Position numbers and translations under genes: made by a program. From NCBI GenBank assembly GCA_035939635.1, contig DASZFR010000085.1, positions 1-43,912 of the forward strand: a stretch of DNA of 43,912 bases, read 5' to 3'. Below are positions 19,910-28,332 of the stretch, piece after piece. Each line of letters begins with the position of its first letter. The first letter of the stretch is position 1. The notes beneath the pieces were generated by a model. That model saw only the letters and a program-made list of their open reading frames with translations, made no database searches and was not told where the DNA came from. The DNA comes from Solirubrobacteraceae bacterium. Its GTDB lineage: Bacteria; Actinomycetota; Thermoleophilia; Solirubrobacterales; Solirubrobacteraceae.

Positions 19910-20924
19910 CGTTCTCGCCGGGTGGACTGTCCCCTGCGTCGCTTCGCGCTGCGCCGTTCTTGCCGTCGTGGTGGGACTTCTCGAACGCGTCCGGCGCGGC
20001 GCCCGTGGGCGCCTGCGCCTCCAGGACCTGCTTGACGTCGAGCAGCGCCTGACGCCGGCGCTTTGTGACGGGCGGGAAGTGAGGATCGATTTCCATCAGC
20101 GCGTGGACCAGCACGGCCGCGGCGCCGATTCGCGCGAACCACTTGCGGTCCGCCGGTATCACGTGCCAGGGCGCCCACTTCGTGCTGGTGTGCGACAGCA
20201 CGTCGGAGAAAGCGCTCTGGTAATCGTCCCAGCACGCACGCTCCCTGACGTCGGCTTCGGAGAACTTCCAGTTGTGGTCCGGCAGGTCGATACGTCGCAA
20301 AAAACGTGCGCGCTGCTCCTCGCGGGAGAGGTTCAAGAACAGCTTGACGATACGAAAGCCGTTGTCAGTCAGATATCGCTCCCAGTCGTTGATCTCCCGG
20401 TAGCGCCGGCGCCATACGTCTCCTTGCTTGGCGGCGCTGGGCAGCCTCTGGCGCTCCAGGTTCTCGGGATGCACCCGCACCACCACCACCTCCTCGTAGT
20501 GCGAACGATTGAAGATCCCGATCTCGCCGCGAGCCGGCAGCCGGCGCGCATAACGCCACAGATAGTCGTGGTCAAGCTCCTCCGCCGACGGGACCTTGAA
20601 GCTGCGCACCGACACACCCTGGGGGTTCACGCCGCTCATCACATGGCGGATCGTCCCGTCCTTGCCCGCGGCGTCGAGCGCCTGCAAGACCACCAGCACT
20701 CCCCACGTGTCCTGAGCGGCCAGGCGTGCCTGATACTCGGTGAGGAGCCGTACCCCCTCTTCCAGTAGCGCGACGCCTTCCTTCTTCTTCTTCACGCCCG
20801 CCTTGAAGGAGGGGTCGAAGTGCTTCGGGAGCGCAACCGTAGAGCCTGGCTTGACGCGGAAGGGCGCGATGAACTTCCTGAGGCGGTCGCGGCGCTGCGC
20901 GTCGAGGTTGGCGTTGGGAGACAC
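19878..20924 (-). CDS. ppk2: Polyphosphate kinase 2 family protein (probably class III)
   Basis: Walker A DAAGKDG, GVNPQG, FNRSHYE, WKFS and PADRKW motifs. Confidence 0.9.
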   Translation of the reverse strand: MSPNANLDAQRRDRLRKFIAPFRVKPGSTVALPKHFDPSFKAGVKKKKEGVALLEEGVRLLTEYQARLAAQDTWGVLVVLQALDAAGKDGTIRHVMSGVNPQGVSVRSFKVPSAEELDHDYLWRYARRLPARGEIGIFNRSHYEEVVVVRVHPENLERQRLPSAAKQGDVWRRRYREINDWERYLTDNGFRIVKLFLNLSREEQRARFLRRIDLPDHNWKFSEADVRERACWDDYQSAFSDVLSHTSTKWAPWHVIPADRKWFARIGAAAVLVHALMEIDPHFPPVTKRRRQALLDVKQVLEAQAPTGAAPDAFEKSHHDGKNGAARSDAGDSPPGENGERAAAPSTA

Positions 20925-20960
20925 GCAGCCACCACGGTGCCCCGCTGCGCACCTGGCGCA

Positions 20961-20977
20961 TCACCCCGACCAGGTGA
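20961..20977. promoter_or_regulatory. Palindromic box TCACCC-CGACC-AGGTGA
   Basis: Upstream of ppk2. Minus-strand CACCGT (20939-20934) at 21 bp. Confidence 0.8.
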
Positions 20978-21073
20978 GGAGCGCGCCCGCAAGGATGACT
21001 CGCTCCCGCACCCAACTCTAAGACTCTGGTGTGCGTCGCTGCGCACGGCGCCAAGACCCAGCCATCGGCGCGT

Positions 21074-21090
21074 TCACCCCGACTGGGTGA
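21074..21090. promoter_or_regulatory. Perfect palindromic box TCACCC-CGACT-GGGTGA
   Basis: Upstream of the K+ channel operon. No exact NANNNT at 21-22 bp (TAAGTG at 23 bp). Confidence 0.8.
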
Positions 21091-21164
21091 TGCCGCGAGC
21101 TTCGCGCGGTGACTAAGTGTGGGCCTGCTCAGCATTGCATTGGAAGGGCTTTCCGGTTGATTCG

Positions 21165-21920
21165 ATGGGCGGCGAGCTTCATACGGCGGGGTCGAGCATC
21201 GACGCCCCGAGCTCCGGCGAGCGCCTCGGCGAGCGTCGCCCGCTGCGCGAGCCGAGCACGAGGCGCTACGCGCTCCTGCTAGCGACAATCGTCGCCTCGT
21301 TTGCCGTGCAGGGCATCGCGCGTCCTGCCGCGTGGGAGCAGTTGCTGGTGACGGGCCTGCTTGGGGCAACGCTGATGCTCGCGCTGTGGGTCGGGCGCGT
21401 CAGGCCGACCTTCTTGCGGTTGGCCCTGGTGATCGTAGCCGGCGTGGTCGCGCTGAGCATCGTCGAAGCCGCAGGCGGGGTTGTCGACGGCCGAGCCGTG
21501 CGTGCCACCAACGCACTGTTGGTGGCGCTCGCGCCGCCGGCGATCATCGTCGGGGTGGCGCGGAGCCTGCGCGCGAGGCAGGCCGTGACGCTGGAGGCGG
21601 TGTTCGGGGTGCTCTGCGTCTACCTGCTGCTCGGCATGCTCTACGCGTTCATATACGGAGCGCTGGACCACGTGGGGGCTGCAGGGCCGTTCTTCGCCGC
21701 GGATGAGCCGGCGACCACCAGCAACTGCCTCTACTTCAGCTTCACCACGCTCACCACGGTGGGCTACGGGGACTTCACGGCGCGCACCAACCTCGGGCAC
21801 ACCTTGTCGGTCTCCGAGGCCCTGCTCGGGCAGATCTACCTCGTCACGGTCGTGTCGCTGATCGTCGCCAACCTCGGTCGCCGCAGAGAGCCGTCCGTCG
21901 CGGGGCGCAGTACAGCGTGA
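21165..21920 (+). CDS. Potassium channel family protein (Ion_trans_2, no RCK domain)
   Basis: YFSFTTLTTVGYGD selectivity filter preceded by several TMs. Start at 21117 or 21165. Confidence 0.88.
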   Translation: MGGELHTAGSSIDAPSSGERLGERRPLREPSTRRYALLLATIVASFAVQGIARPAAWEQLLVTGLLGATLMLALWVGRVRPTFLRLALVIVAGVVALSIVEAAGGVVDGRAVRATNALLVALAPPAIIVGVARSLRARQAVTLEAVFGVLCVYLLLGMLYAFIYGALDHVGAAGPFFAADEPATTSNCLYFSFTTLTTVGYGDFTARTNLGHTLSVSEALLGQIYLVTVVSLIVANLGRRREPSVAGRSTA

Positions 21921-22540
21921 CCTCCCCGCGCTCGCTGTTCGACGCCGCGACGCAGCTCGCAACGGCGCCGCTGCGCGTAGCAGCGTACGCCGGCCGGGAA
22001 GCACGAGACACGGCGAAGGTCGCCCAGGAGGCGATCCTGGCGACCGGCGAACAAGCCTTTTTCGCGCTTCTGGATGCGGTCGTCACGAAAATGATGGAAG
22101 ACCAGGTAATAGACCGAGTGCTCGAGCGCGCCGAGGCCGCGGGTGTGGCGCAACGGGTGGTGGATCGGGTCCTCGAGGACGGCGTGATCGAGCAGATCGC
22201 CGAACGCGTGCTCTCGGGGCCCGAGATCGAGAGGATTGTCGCCGCAGGATTTCGCAGCGCGCTCCCGGAAGAGGTCATCGAGCAGCTACTGGCGAGCGAG
22301 GCGGTATGGATCCTCGTCGATGAGATCGCGCGCAGTCCGTCGGTCACGGAGGCGATCGCCCACCAGGGAACGGGCTTCCTCGAACAGGTTGCCGGCAAGG
22401 CGCGAGACCGTTCGCGCCGCGCTGACACGCGGGTGCAACGGCTCGCGCAGCGCCTCGGCCGCCACGGCCGCGAGGACGCCGATACCGGTCGTGCCGGTAT
22501 CTCGCCCTCGCCGCAGATCCCCGGCGGCGACGTCCGATGA
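21917..22540 (+). CDS. Hypothetical helical protein
   Basis: GTGA and ATGA overlaps with both neighbours. Amphipathic repeats VIDRVL/VVDRVL/IAERVL. Confidence 0.75.
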   Translation: MTSPRSLFDAATQLATAPLRVAAYAGREARDTAKVAQEAILATGEQAFFALLDAVVTKMMEDQVIDRVLERAEAAGVAQRVVDRVLEDGVIEQIAERVLSGPEIERIVAAGFRSALPEEVIEQLLASEAVWILVDEIARSPSVTEAIAHQGTGFLEQVAGKARDRSRRADTRVQRLAQRLGRHGREDADTGRAGISPSPQIPGGDVR

Positions 22541-23073
22541 GCGGCGTGCAGTCACAGCACGGCACCGACCTCGCTCAGCGACGCGCGATCTCCCGGCTGC
22601 GCGGGGAGCCGGCCCCGAGCGTGGCGGCTGCGTCGGCCGGCCACTACGCGGGCCTGGTGACGCGAACGCTCGCGCTGGCGCTCGACGCGCTGATCATCGA
22701 CGGCGTCGCCCTGCTGGTGGGATTGGGGGTCGGACTCGGGGTGTCGCTGCTGCACCTGCCGCACGATGTCGACGTTGTGATCGCGGCTGCCCTGGGCGCG
22801 GCTTACGTCGCTTGGACGGTTGGGTATTTCGTCTTCTTCTGGTCGTCAACCGGCCAGACCCCGGGAAACAGGGTGATGTGCATCAGGGTGATCGACATGC
22901 GCAACCGAGGGCCGTTGAAGCCGCGAAGAGCGCTCGTGCGCTTCATTGGCTTGATCCTTGCGGCGCTACCGCTGCTCGCCGGGATCCTGATGATGCTGTG
23001 GGACGATCGGCGGCGCTGCCTGCAAGATCGGCTGGCGCGCACGGTGGTCTTCTACACCGACGTCCCTGCCTAG
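22537..23073 (+). CDS. RDD family membrane protein
   Basis: RTLALALD, GQTPG and QDRLARTVV motifs. Confidence 0.88.
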   Translation: MSGVQSQHGTDLAQRRAISRLRGEPAPSVAAASAGHYAGLVTRTLALALDALIIDGVALLVGLGVGLGVSLLHLPHDVDVVIAAALGAAYVAWTVGYFVFFWSSTGQTPGNRVMCIRVIDMRNRGPLKPRRALVRFIGLILAALPLLAGILMMLWDDRRRCLQDRLARTVVFYTDVPA

Positions 23074-23140
23074 GAAACACACCACTCCCCTCCGGGGCGC
23101 GTGCGCGCCTCGCCACGCCGGCTGTCGCTCACAACGCAGG

Positions 23141-23157
23141 TCATGCAAAAGGGGTGA
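23141..23157. promoter_or_regulatory. Palindromic box TCATGC-AAAAG-GGGTGA
   Basis: 60 bp upstream of the CDS at 23218. Confidence 0.65.
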
Positions 23158-23217
23158 TGAGCCCGAAGCGATCACCTGATGTAAAGGGCGGGTGAGCCTC
23201 GCGCCCAGTGAGCTGCC

Positions 23218-24411
23218 GTGAGCGAGCGCGCCGAAACGGCGAGCGCGGTCGCAGACCGTGAGGCCTCCGCGGAAAGAGCGGCGGAACGTGCGCCGAGCCG
23301 CAGGCGGCGCATCCTCGTGCGCGTGCTCGTGTGGGGTACGAGCGTGCTCGCGGTGCTCGCGATGTTTGCGATCTGGGCGAACCGGGAGCTGCTCAGCCCC
23401 AACAACTGGAGCGACACGAGCACAAAACTGCTCCAGAGCGCGGCCATCCAGGACGCGACGTCCACGTATCTGATCGATCAGCTGTATGCCAACGTCAACG
23501 TCGAAAACGAAATCAAGTCCAGGCTGCCGAAAGAAGTGCAAGCGCTCGCCGGTCCGCTCGCCGGAGGCGTGAGGACCGCCGGGACCGAAGTCGCCAAACG
23601 CCTGCTGGCGAGCCCGCGCGTACAGGAACTGTGGCGCAAGGCGAACAAGACCGCCGACCAGGCGTTCGTGAACATCGTCAACGGCCACAAAGGGGCGCTC
23701 ACACTCGAAAACGGCCAGGTCACGCTCAATCTCGCCCCGGTGGTCGCCGAACTCACCAAGCGCCTCGGACTGCCGAATGTCAGCTCGAAACTGCCTCCCT
23801 CGGTCGCGAACCTGAAGATCCTCAAGTCCAACCAGATCAGCTTCGTGCAGGAAATCGGCAAAGCGCTGAAAAATCTCGCGCTCGTGTTGACGATCCTGGT
23901 GCCGCTGCTGTACGCCCTGGCGATCATCCTCGCCGGCGGCTTTCGCCGACGCACGTTGATTACCGTGGGCATCGCGGCCGTGTTCGTCGGCGTGGCCGTG
24001 CTGGCCGCACGCACCCTCGTCATTTCGCAGGTGACCGATTCGCTCGTGAAGACCGAATCGGTTCGCCCGGCCGCGCATGCCGCGCTCTCTATCGCCACGC
24101 TGCGGCTATCGGAAATCGCAGGCGCATTCATCTTCATCGGCGTGCCGCTGATCGCCGCAGGCTGGTTCGCCGGCCCCGACGCGCTGGCGGTGCGCGCTCG
24201 TCGCGCGATCGCGCCCTTCCTGCGCGAACGCCCCGGCTATACGTACGCGATCACGGCCGCCGTGATGGGCGTGATCTTCATCTGGGACCCGATCCCCGCG
24301 ACGGGCAAACTCGCAGGCATCATCGTCCTGCTGGCACTCGCGTTCCTCGGCACGTATCTGCTGCGCCGCCAGACCGACGAGGAGTTCCCCAAGCAAGCCG
24401 CCGCGGCGTAG
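23218..24411 (+). CDS. Hypothetical membrane protein (N-terminal TM, extracytoplasmic domain, C-terminal TMs)
   Basis: 397-aa ORF with GC3-rich codons and multiple hydrophobic segments. Confidence 0.8.
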   Translation: MSERAETASAVADREASAERAAERAPSRRRRILVRVLVWGTSVLAVLAMFAIWANRELLSPNNWSDTSTKLLQSAAIQDATSTYLIDQLYANVNVENEIKSRLPKEVQALAGPLAGGVRTAGTEVAKRLLASPRVQELWRKANKTADQAFVNIVNGHKGALTLENGQVTLNLAPVVAELTKRLGLPNVSSKLPPSVANLKILKSNQISFVQEIGKALKNLALVLTILVPLLYALAIILAGGFRRRTLITVGIAAVFVGVAVLAARTLVISQVTDSLVKTESVRPAAHAALSIATLRLSEIAGAFIFIGVPLIAAGWFAGPDALAVRARRAIAPFLRERPGYTYAITAAVMGVIFIWDPIPATGKLAGIIVLLALAFLGTYLLRRQTDEEFPKQAAAA

Positions 24412-24450
24412 GCGCTGCGCGTTGCGCCGCGGCGTAGCGTTGCGCGTTGC
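24400..24450. repeat. Two imperfect ~25-bp tandem units between convergent genes
   Basis: gccgcggcgtaggcgctgcgcgttgc / gccgcggcgtagcgttgcgcgttgc. Confidence 0.6.
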
Positions 24451-24521
24451 GCCGGGCGGGGTTGGCGCTTCGCATTGCCCGGCGGCCGTCACGGGCGCCG
24501 CGACGCTCGCGGCCGGCGAGC

Positions 24522-25223
24522 CTAAGTCCGCGGCGGGGAGAGCCGGTGCTCGTCAGCGAGAAACAGCAATGCGGCCTTCACGCGCCGGCTGACGCTGTCT
24601 GGCTCGGGCAGATCCAACTTCGCGAAGATGGAGTTGACGTGCTTCTCGACGGCGCGCTTGGTGAGCACCAACGATTCGGCGATCGCGGCGTTGCTCTTGC
24701 CTTCGGCGATCTCGGCCAGTATTTCGTGCTCGCGAGGCGTGAGGGCGGCGAGCTTCGAGTCCTCACTCGTGCGGGCTTCGATCAAAGCTTCGATCACGCG
24801 AGGATCGAGGACCGACCCGTGCGCCGCGACCTCACGGATGTCGCTGACCAGCTGCGCTCGGTCGCGGATGCGATCCTTGAGCAGGTAGCCGCGACCGCTC
24901 GATCCTCCTTGCATGAGGGCAACGGCGTATGCCGAGTCGATGTACTGGGTGAGCACCATGACACCGACATTGGGATCGGACTCGCGCAGTCGCGACGCGA
25001 TGCGAATGCCCTCGCCATCGCCGCCCGGGGGCATCCGTAGGTCTGTGATGACCACATCCGGGTGCTGGTCGGCGATGACTTCGCTCAGCTCGTTGCCGTC
25101 GGAGCAGCAGCCCACGAGCTCGATATCAGGCTCTCTCGAGAGCGTGGCCACAAGCCCCTCGCGAATTACATAAGCGTCATCCGCGATCACGACCCGGATG
25201 GGTTTTGCGAACCCGTCCGCCAT
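24522..25223 (-). CDS. NarL/LuxR family response regulator
   Basis: IRVVIADD, phospho-Asp in TDLRMPP, GYLLK, and HTH LTPREHEIL...GKSNAAIA. ATG at 25223 is coupled to the kinase stop (TGATG). Confidence 0.93.
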   Translation of the reverse strand: MADGFAKPIRVVIADDAYVIREGLVATLSREPDIELVGCCSDGNELSEVIADQHPDVVITDLRMPPGGDGEGIRIASRLRESDPNVGVMVLTQYIDSAYAVALMQGGSSGRGYLLKDRIRDRAQLVSDIREVAAHGSVLDPRVIEALIEARTSEDSKLAALTPREHEILAEIAEGKSNAAIAESLVLTKRAVEKHVNSIFAKLDLPEPDSVSRRVKAALLFLADEHRLSPPRT

Positions 25224-27217
25224 CAAGTCAGCTGCGCGTGGCGTCGGCTGCTGGGCGTCGGCGAGCGGAGGCGCGATCTGCCGCGCGCGATCTGGGCCTC
25301 GCCGGTGGCCTGGAGCGCCTCGAGCGGGGACTGGTCGGACCTGTCCTCGGCTGTTCGCCGAATCGGCACGACGGCCCAGATCAGGGTGCCGCTGTCCACA
25401 CCGGGCCTTACTGTGAGGTGCCCGCCGATGGTGTGGAGGCGGTCCTGCATGTTGCGCAGGCCGCTTCCGGAGTCGACGCGCTCGGGATCGAATCCCACCC
25501 CCGCGTCGCGAAGCTCGACTAGCAGCCATCGCTTGCTCTCCCACATTCGCAGCGTGGCTGTGACGCCGGGGCCGCCGTGCTTGACCATATTTTGCAGCGC
25601 CTCGAGACAGACGAAATACAGCTGCGTCTCGACCTCGCGCGGGTGGCGGTTGACACCATGGGCCTCGACACGCACGTCGGCGCCCATTCTGCGAATCGCG
25701 GATCTGAGCGCATCGAGTAGGCCGTACTCCCGCAAGCTTGGCGGGTACACATTGGCCGCAAGCGACCGCAGGTCCTCTGCCGTCTGACCGAGCTCCTCCC
25801 CGATCTCCGCCAGCAATGCCGCGCTGCGGGCGGGTGCCTCCTCCATCGTCTCCACCGCGACCTCGAGCTTCATGTGCATCCCGATCAGATGCTGCTGGGC
25901 CCCGTCGTGCAGGTCGCGCTGAATTCGCAGCCGCTCCGCGTCGGCCGCTCGCGCCAGACGCGCACGCGAGGCTTCGAGGCTGCCCTTGGAGGCCGCGAGT
26001 TCCGTTGCCAGCCGCTCTTTCTCGAGCCACAGAACCGCTGACGTCGCGGTCGCCTGTATGTACTCCTCCTGCTCAGACAGGCTGGCATCGAACTCAACCA
26101 CCGCAATCGTGCGCCCACCGCCGTGGACGAGCGCGCGGCGCCGGCCGTCGCGTTGCAGGCGCGGAAGCTCGATTCCGTCTGAGTCGAGCATCGCTGTGGA
26201 GGTGGTGCGTCGGTAGAAGATCTTCAGCTCGGGATCGTTGAGCGTGCGCGCCATTGCGGCCTGCATGTCGTCGGCAGATCGGCTTCCGAGCCCGGTGACG
26301 AATCTGGCTAGGACGCCGCCGAGCGAGAGGCGCTGCATGGCAAGACCGAGGAAGATGGCTAGCGGCAAGGCCGCCAGCGTCGCGAGGTAGGCCGTGCCGA
26401 TCGCGGGGGCCACCCCCGCGCCAGCCGCGTCGGCGGCCAAAAACGCGGCGAACAGGAGGGCCTGCACCGCGGCGATAGCGACCATCGGCCACAGCAGCAC
26501 ACGGGAGTGGCGGTTCGACCGGCGGGCGCGCCGGGCGACGAGCAGAGCCGTGCCGGCGGCGACGATCAGCCAACCCGCGCGCACCACCGTCGTCAGCAGC
26601 TGATGCGGACCCTGCAGCCCCAAGTACAACGCGTTCGCCCCCGCTTGGGGAGAGTGCAGGAACGGTGCATGGACGATTGGCTGGCGATAGGAGAGCACAC
26701 CTAGCAGCCAGGCGAGCGCCACCACCGTCGTGGTCGTTATGACGAAGCGCCGTTCGGGCCGTGACTCGACTCGCCCGGTGGGGAAGGCGAGCATGAGGTA
26801 GCAGAACGCCCCCGGCAAAAGACCGGACGCCACCAGGCCGACCGTGAAGGCGGCTTCCTCGCGCGATCCATTCAGGAGCCATGCGCAGGAGAACAGCCCA
26901 GCGATGATCAGCAGACGCCCCATACGTCGCTGGCGGCGAGACGCGTAGGCGAACAGGCCGCTGAGGACGAGCGCGACGATGATCGTGACGCGCGGCAGCA
27001 CGGCGACGTGTGTTGGGCTGACGCTGGGGCTCTTGCCGGCCTCCTCGCCAACCCACGCGGCACCCAGGGCTCCGAGCAGGCCAAGAACGAGAAGCTGGGT
27101 GTGCAGCGGGATCGCGCCTTGCTTGGCAGCTGACCGCGCGGCGACGCGCCAGCGGGGCTTACGGGTCTGGCCTGGAGGCATAGGCTGCAACCATCGCGCG
27201 GCGCTCGTCAGGTGCAT
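25223..27217 (-). CDS. Membrane sensor histidine kinase (HisKA_3/NarX-like)
   Basis: ERLRIQRDLHDGAQQ H-box, EALQNMVKH N-box, DAGVGF, GSGLRNM, and a multi-TM N-terminus. Confidence 0.92.
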   Translation of the reverse strand: MHLTSAARWLQPMPPGQTRKPRWRVAARSAAKQGAIPLHTQLLVLGLLGALGAAWVGEEAGKSPSVSPTHVAVLPRVTIIVALVLSGLFAYASRRQRRMGRLLIIAGLFSCAWLLNGSREEAAFTVGLVASGLLPGAFCYLMLAFPTGRVESRPERRFVITTTTVVALAWLLGVLSYRQPIVHAPFLHSPQAGANALYLGLQGPHQLLTTVVRAGWLIVAAGTALLVARRARRSNRHSRVLLWPMVAIAAVQALLFAAFLAADAAGAGVAPAIGTAYLATLAALPLAIFLGLAMQRLSLGGVLARFVTGLGSRSADDMQAAMARTLNDPELKIFYRRTTSTAMLDSDGIELPRLQRDGRRRALVHGGGRTIAVVEFDASLSEQEEYIQATATSAVLWLEKERLATELAASKGSLEASRARLARAADAERLRIQRDLHDGAQQHLIGMHMKLEVAVETMEEAPARSAALLAEIGEELGQTAEDLRSLAANVYPPSLREYGLLDALRSAIRRMGADVRVEAHGVNRHPREVETQLYFVCLEALQNMVKHGGPGVTATLRMWESKRWLLVELRDAGVGFDPERVDSGSGLRNMQDRLHTIGGHLTVRPGVDSGTLIWAVVPIRRTAEDRSDQSPLEALQATGEAQIARGRSRLRSPTPSSRRHAQLT

Positions 27218-27660
27218 TCGGGCTCGCCCCCAATCCCACCAAGCGCCCCGCTTCGCGCACGGAATAGTGCCGCGCGGGCGATAGCTCGTTCAAGTCGAAG
27301 GGCCTTCGCGGACGGGCCCGGCCGGCGTCCCGCAGGACGGCACCCGTGCGATGGCGACCAATCGATCATCGCCGGAGCCGCATCGTCTCTGCGTAGAGGG
27401 CATCGAACACCCAGTAGTGGGTAGACAAACGCGAAGCCCCTCTCGCCCCGCTACCTTGCGACTCGCAGCGCAACCTTCCGTGGCAGTACACCTACGTCAC
27501 TCTCCGGCGCACCCGCGCTACCCGACGGTACCGCTTGCTAAAACCCGATGATTACACAATTTGCGCGTTTATGCGTGGCGGCCTACTCCGCTTCGTGGTA
27601 TGCGCACGCGCTGCTCGGGGATAGTGCCGGTGGTGCCCGCACCCGCACGATCACGGCTCA

Positions 27661-27677
27661 TCGTCGTCTTCGGGTGA
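27661..27677. promoter_or_regulatory. Palindromic box TCGTCG-TCTTC-GGGTGA
   Basis: Upstream of the second DUF1269 gene. TAGCGT (27699-27704) at 21 bp. Confidence 0.65.
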
Positions 27678-27767
27678 TGCGTCGCGGCTGAGGGGGGATA
27701 GCGTGGGCGAGCTTCCCGCCGGCCGGCCTGCGGTCGGCAGAGGCGCGATCGAGACAGGAGGCACGCA

Positions 27768-28271
27768 TTGGGGGCCCTGCTGGCCATCGCATACCCGAAC
27801 GAGGGAACTGCCGAGCGGGCCGCCGAGGAGGTTCGCCACCTGCGTGCCGAGCTCGGCGTAGAGCCTGATGCGGTGGCCGTCATAGCCCGCAGTGCCCAGG
27901 GCGAGTACCGCGCGACCACGAGCCACCACCCCGTCGAGCAGGGCTCGAGCTGGGGGATGTTTTGGGGTCTGCTGTTCGGGCTGCTGTTCTTCGCGCCCGT
28001 GTTCGGCAGCGGCGTTGGACTGGACCTCGGAGGCGTGTTCGCAGAAATGGAGAAGGGCGGCATCAATCGAGCGTTTCAGCAACAGGTGCGTGACATGGTC
28101 GCTCCGGGTACGTCGGCGCTGTTCTTGTTCATCAGCACGACAGATCGCCAACGGGCCGTTGATCTGCTGAGCGACTTCGGCGGGCGGATCGTGGAGGTCT
28201 CACTCAGCGACGCGTGCGAGGCGAGGCTGCAGCAAGCAGTTCACGGCAGCCTGTCAGCGTCAAGGGGGTAG
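27768..28271 (+). CDS. DUF1269 family membrane protein (paralog of 10003-10524)
   Basis: AGGAGG RBS, TTG start. LLAIAYP, FWGLLFGLLFF, FQQQVRD and PGTSALF motifs. Confidence 0.85.
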   Translation: MGALLAIAYPNEGTAERAAEEVRHLRAELGVEPDAVAVIARSAQGEYRATTSHHPVEQGSSWGMFWGLLFGLLFFAPVFGSGVGLDLGGVFAEMEKGGINRAFQQQVRDMVAPGTSALFLFISTTDRQRAVDLLSDFGGRIVEVSLSDACEARLQQAVHGSLSASRG

Positions 28272-28332
28272 CCGGCAACGACGACTACGCGGCTGCCGAA
28301 AGGCGCCCGTCGTGCACGCGCGGGCGAAGCCG

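Noticed and set aside
25224-26030. 502-aa version of the response regulator
   Set aside because: The extension overlaps the kinase in another frame. The REC domain starts at ATG 25223.
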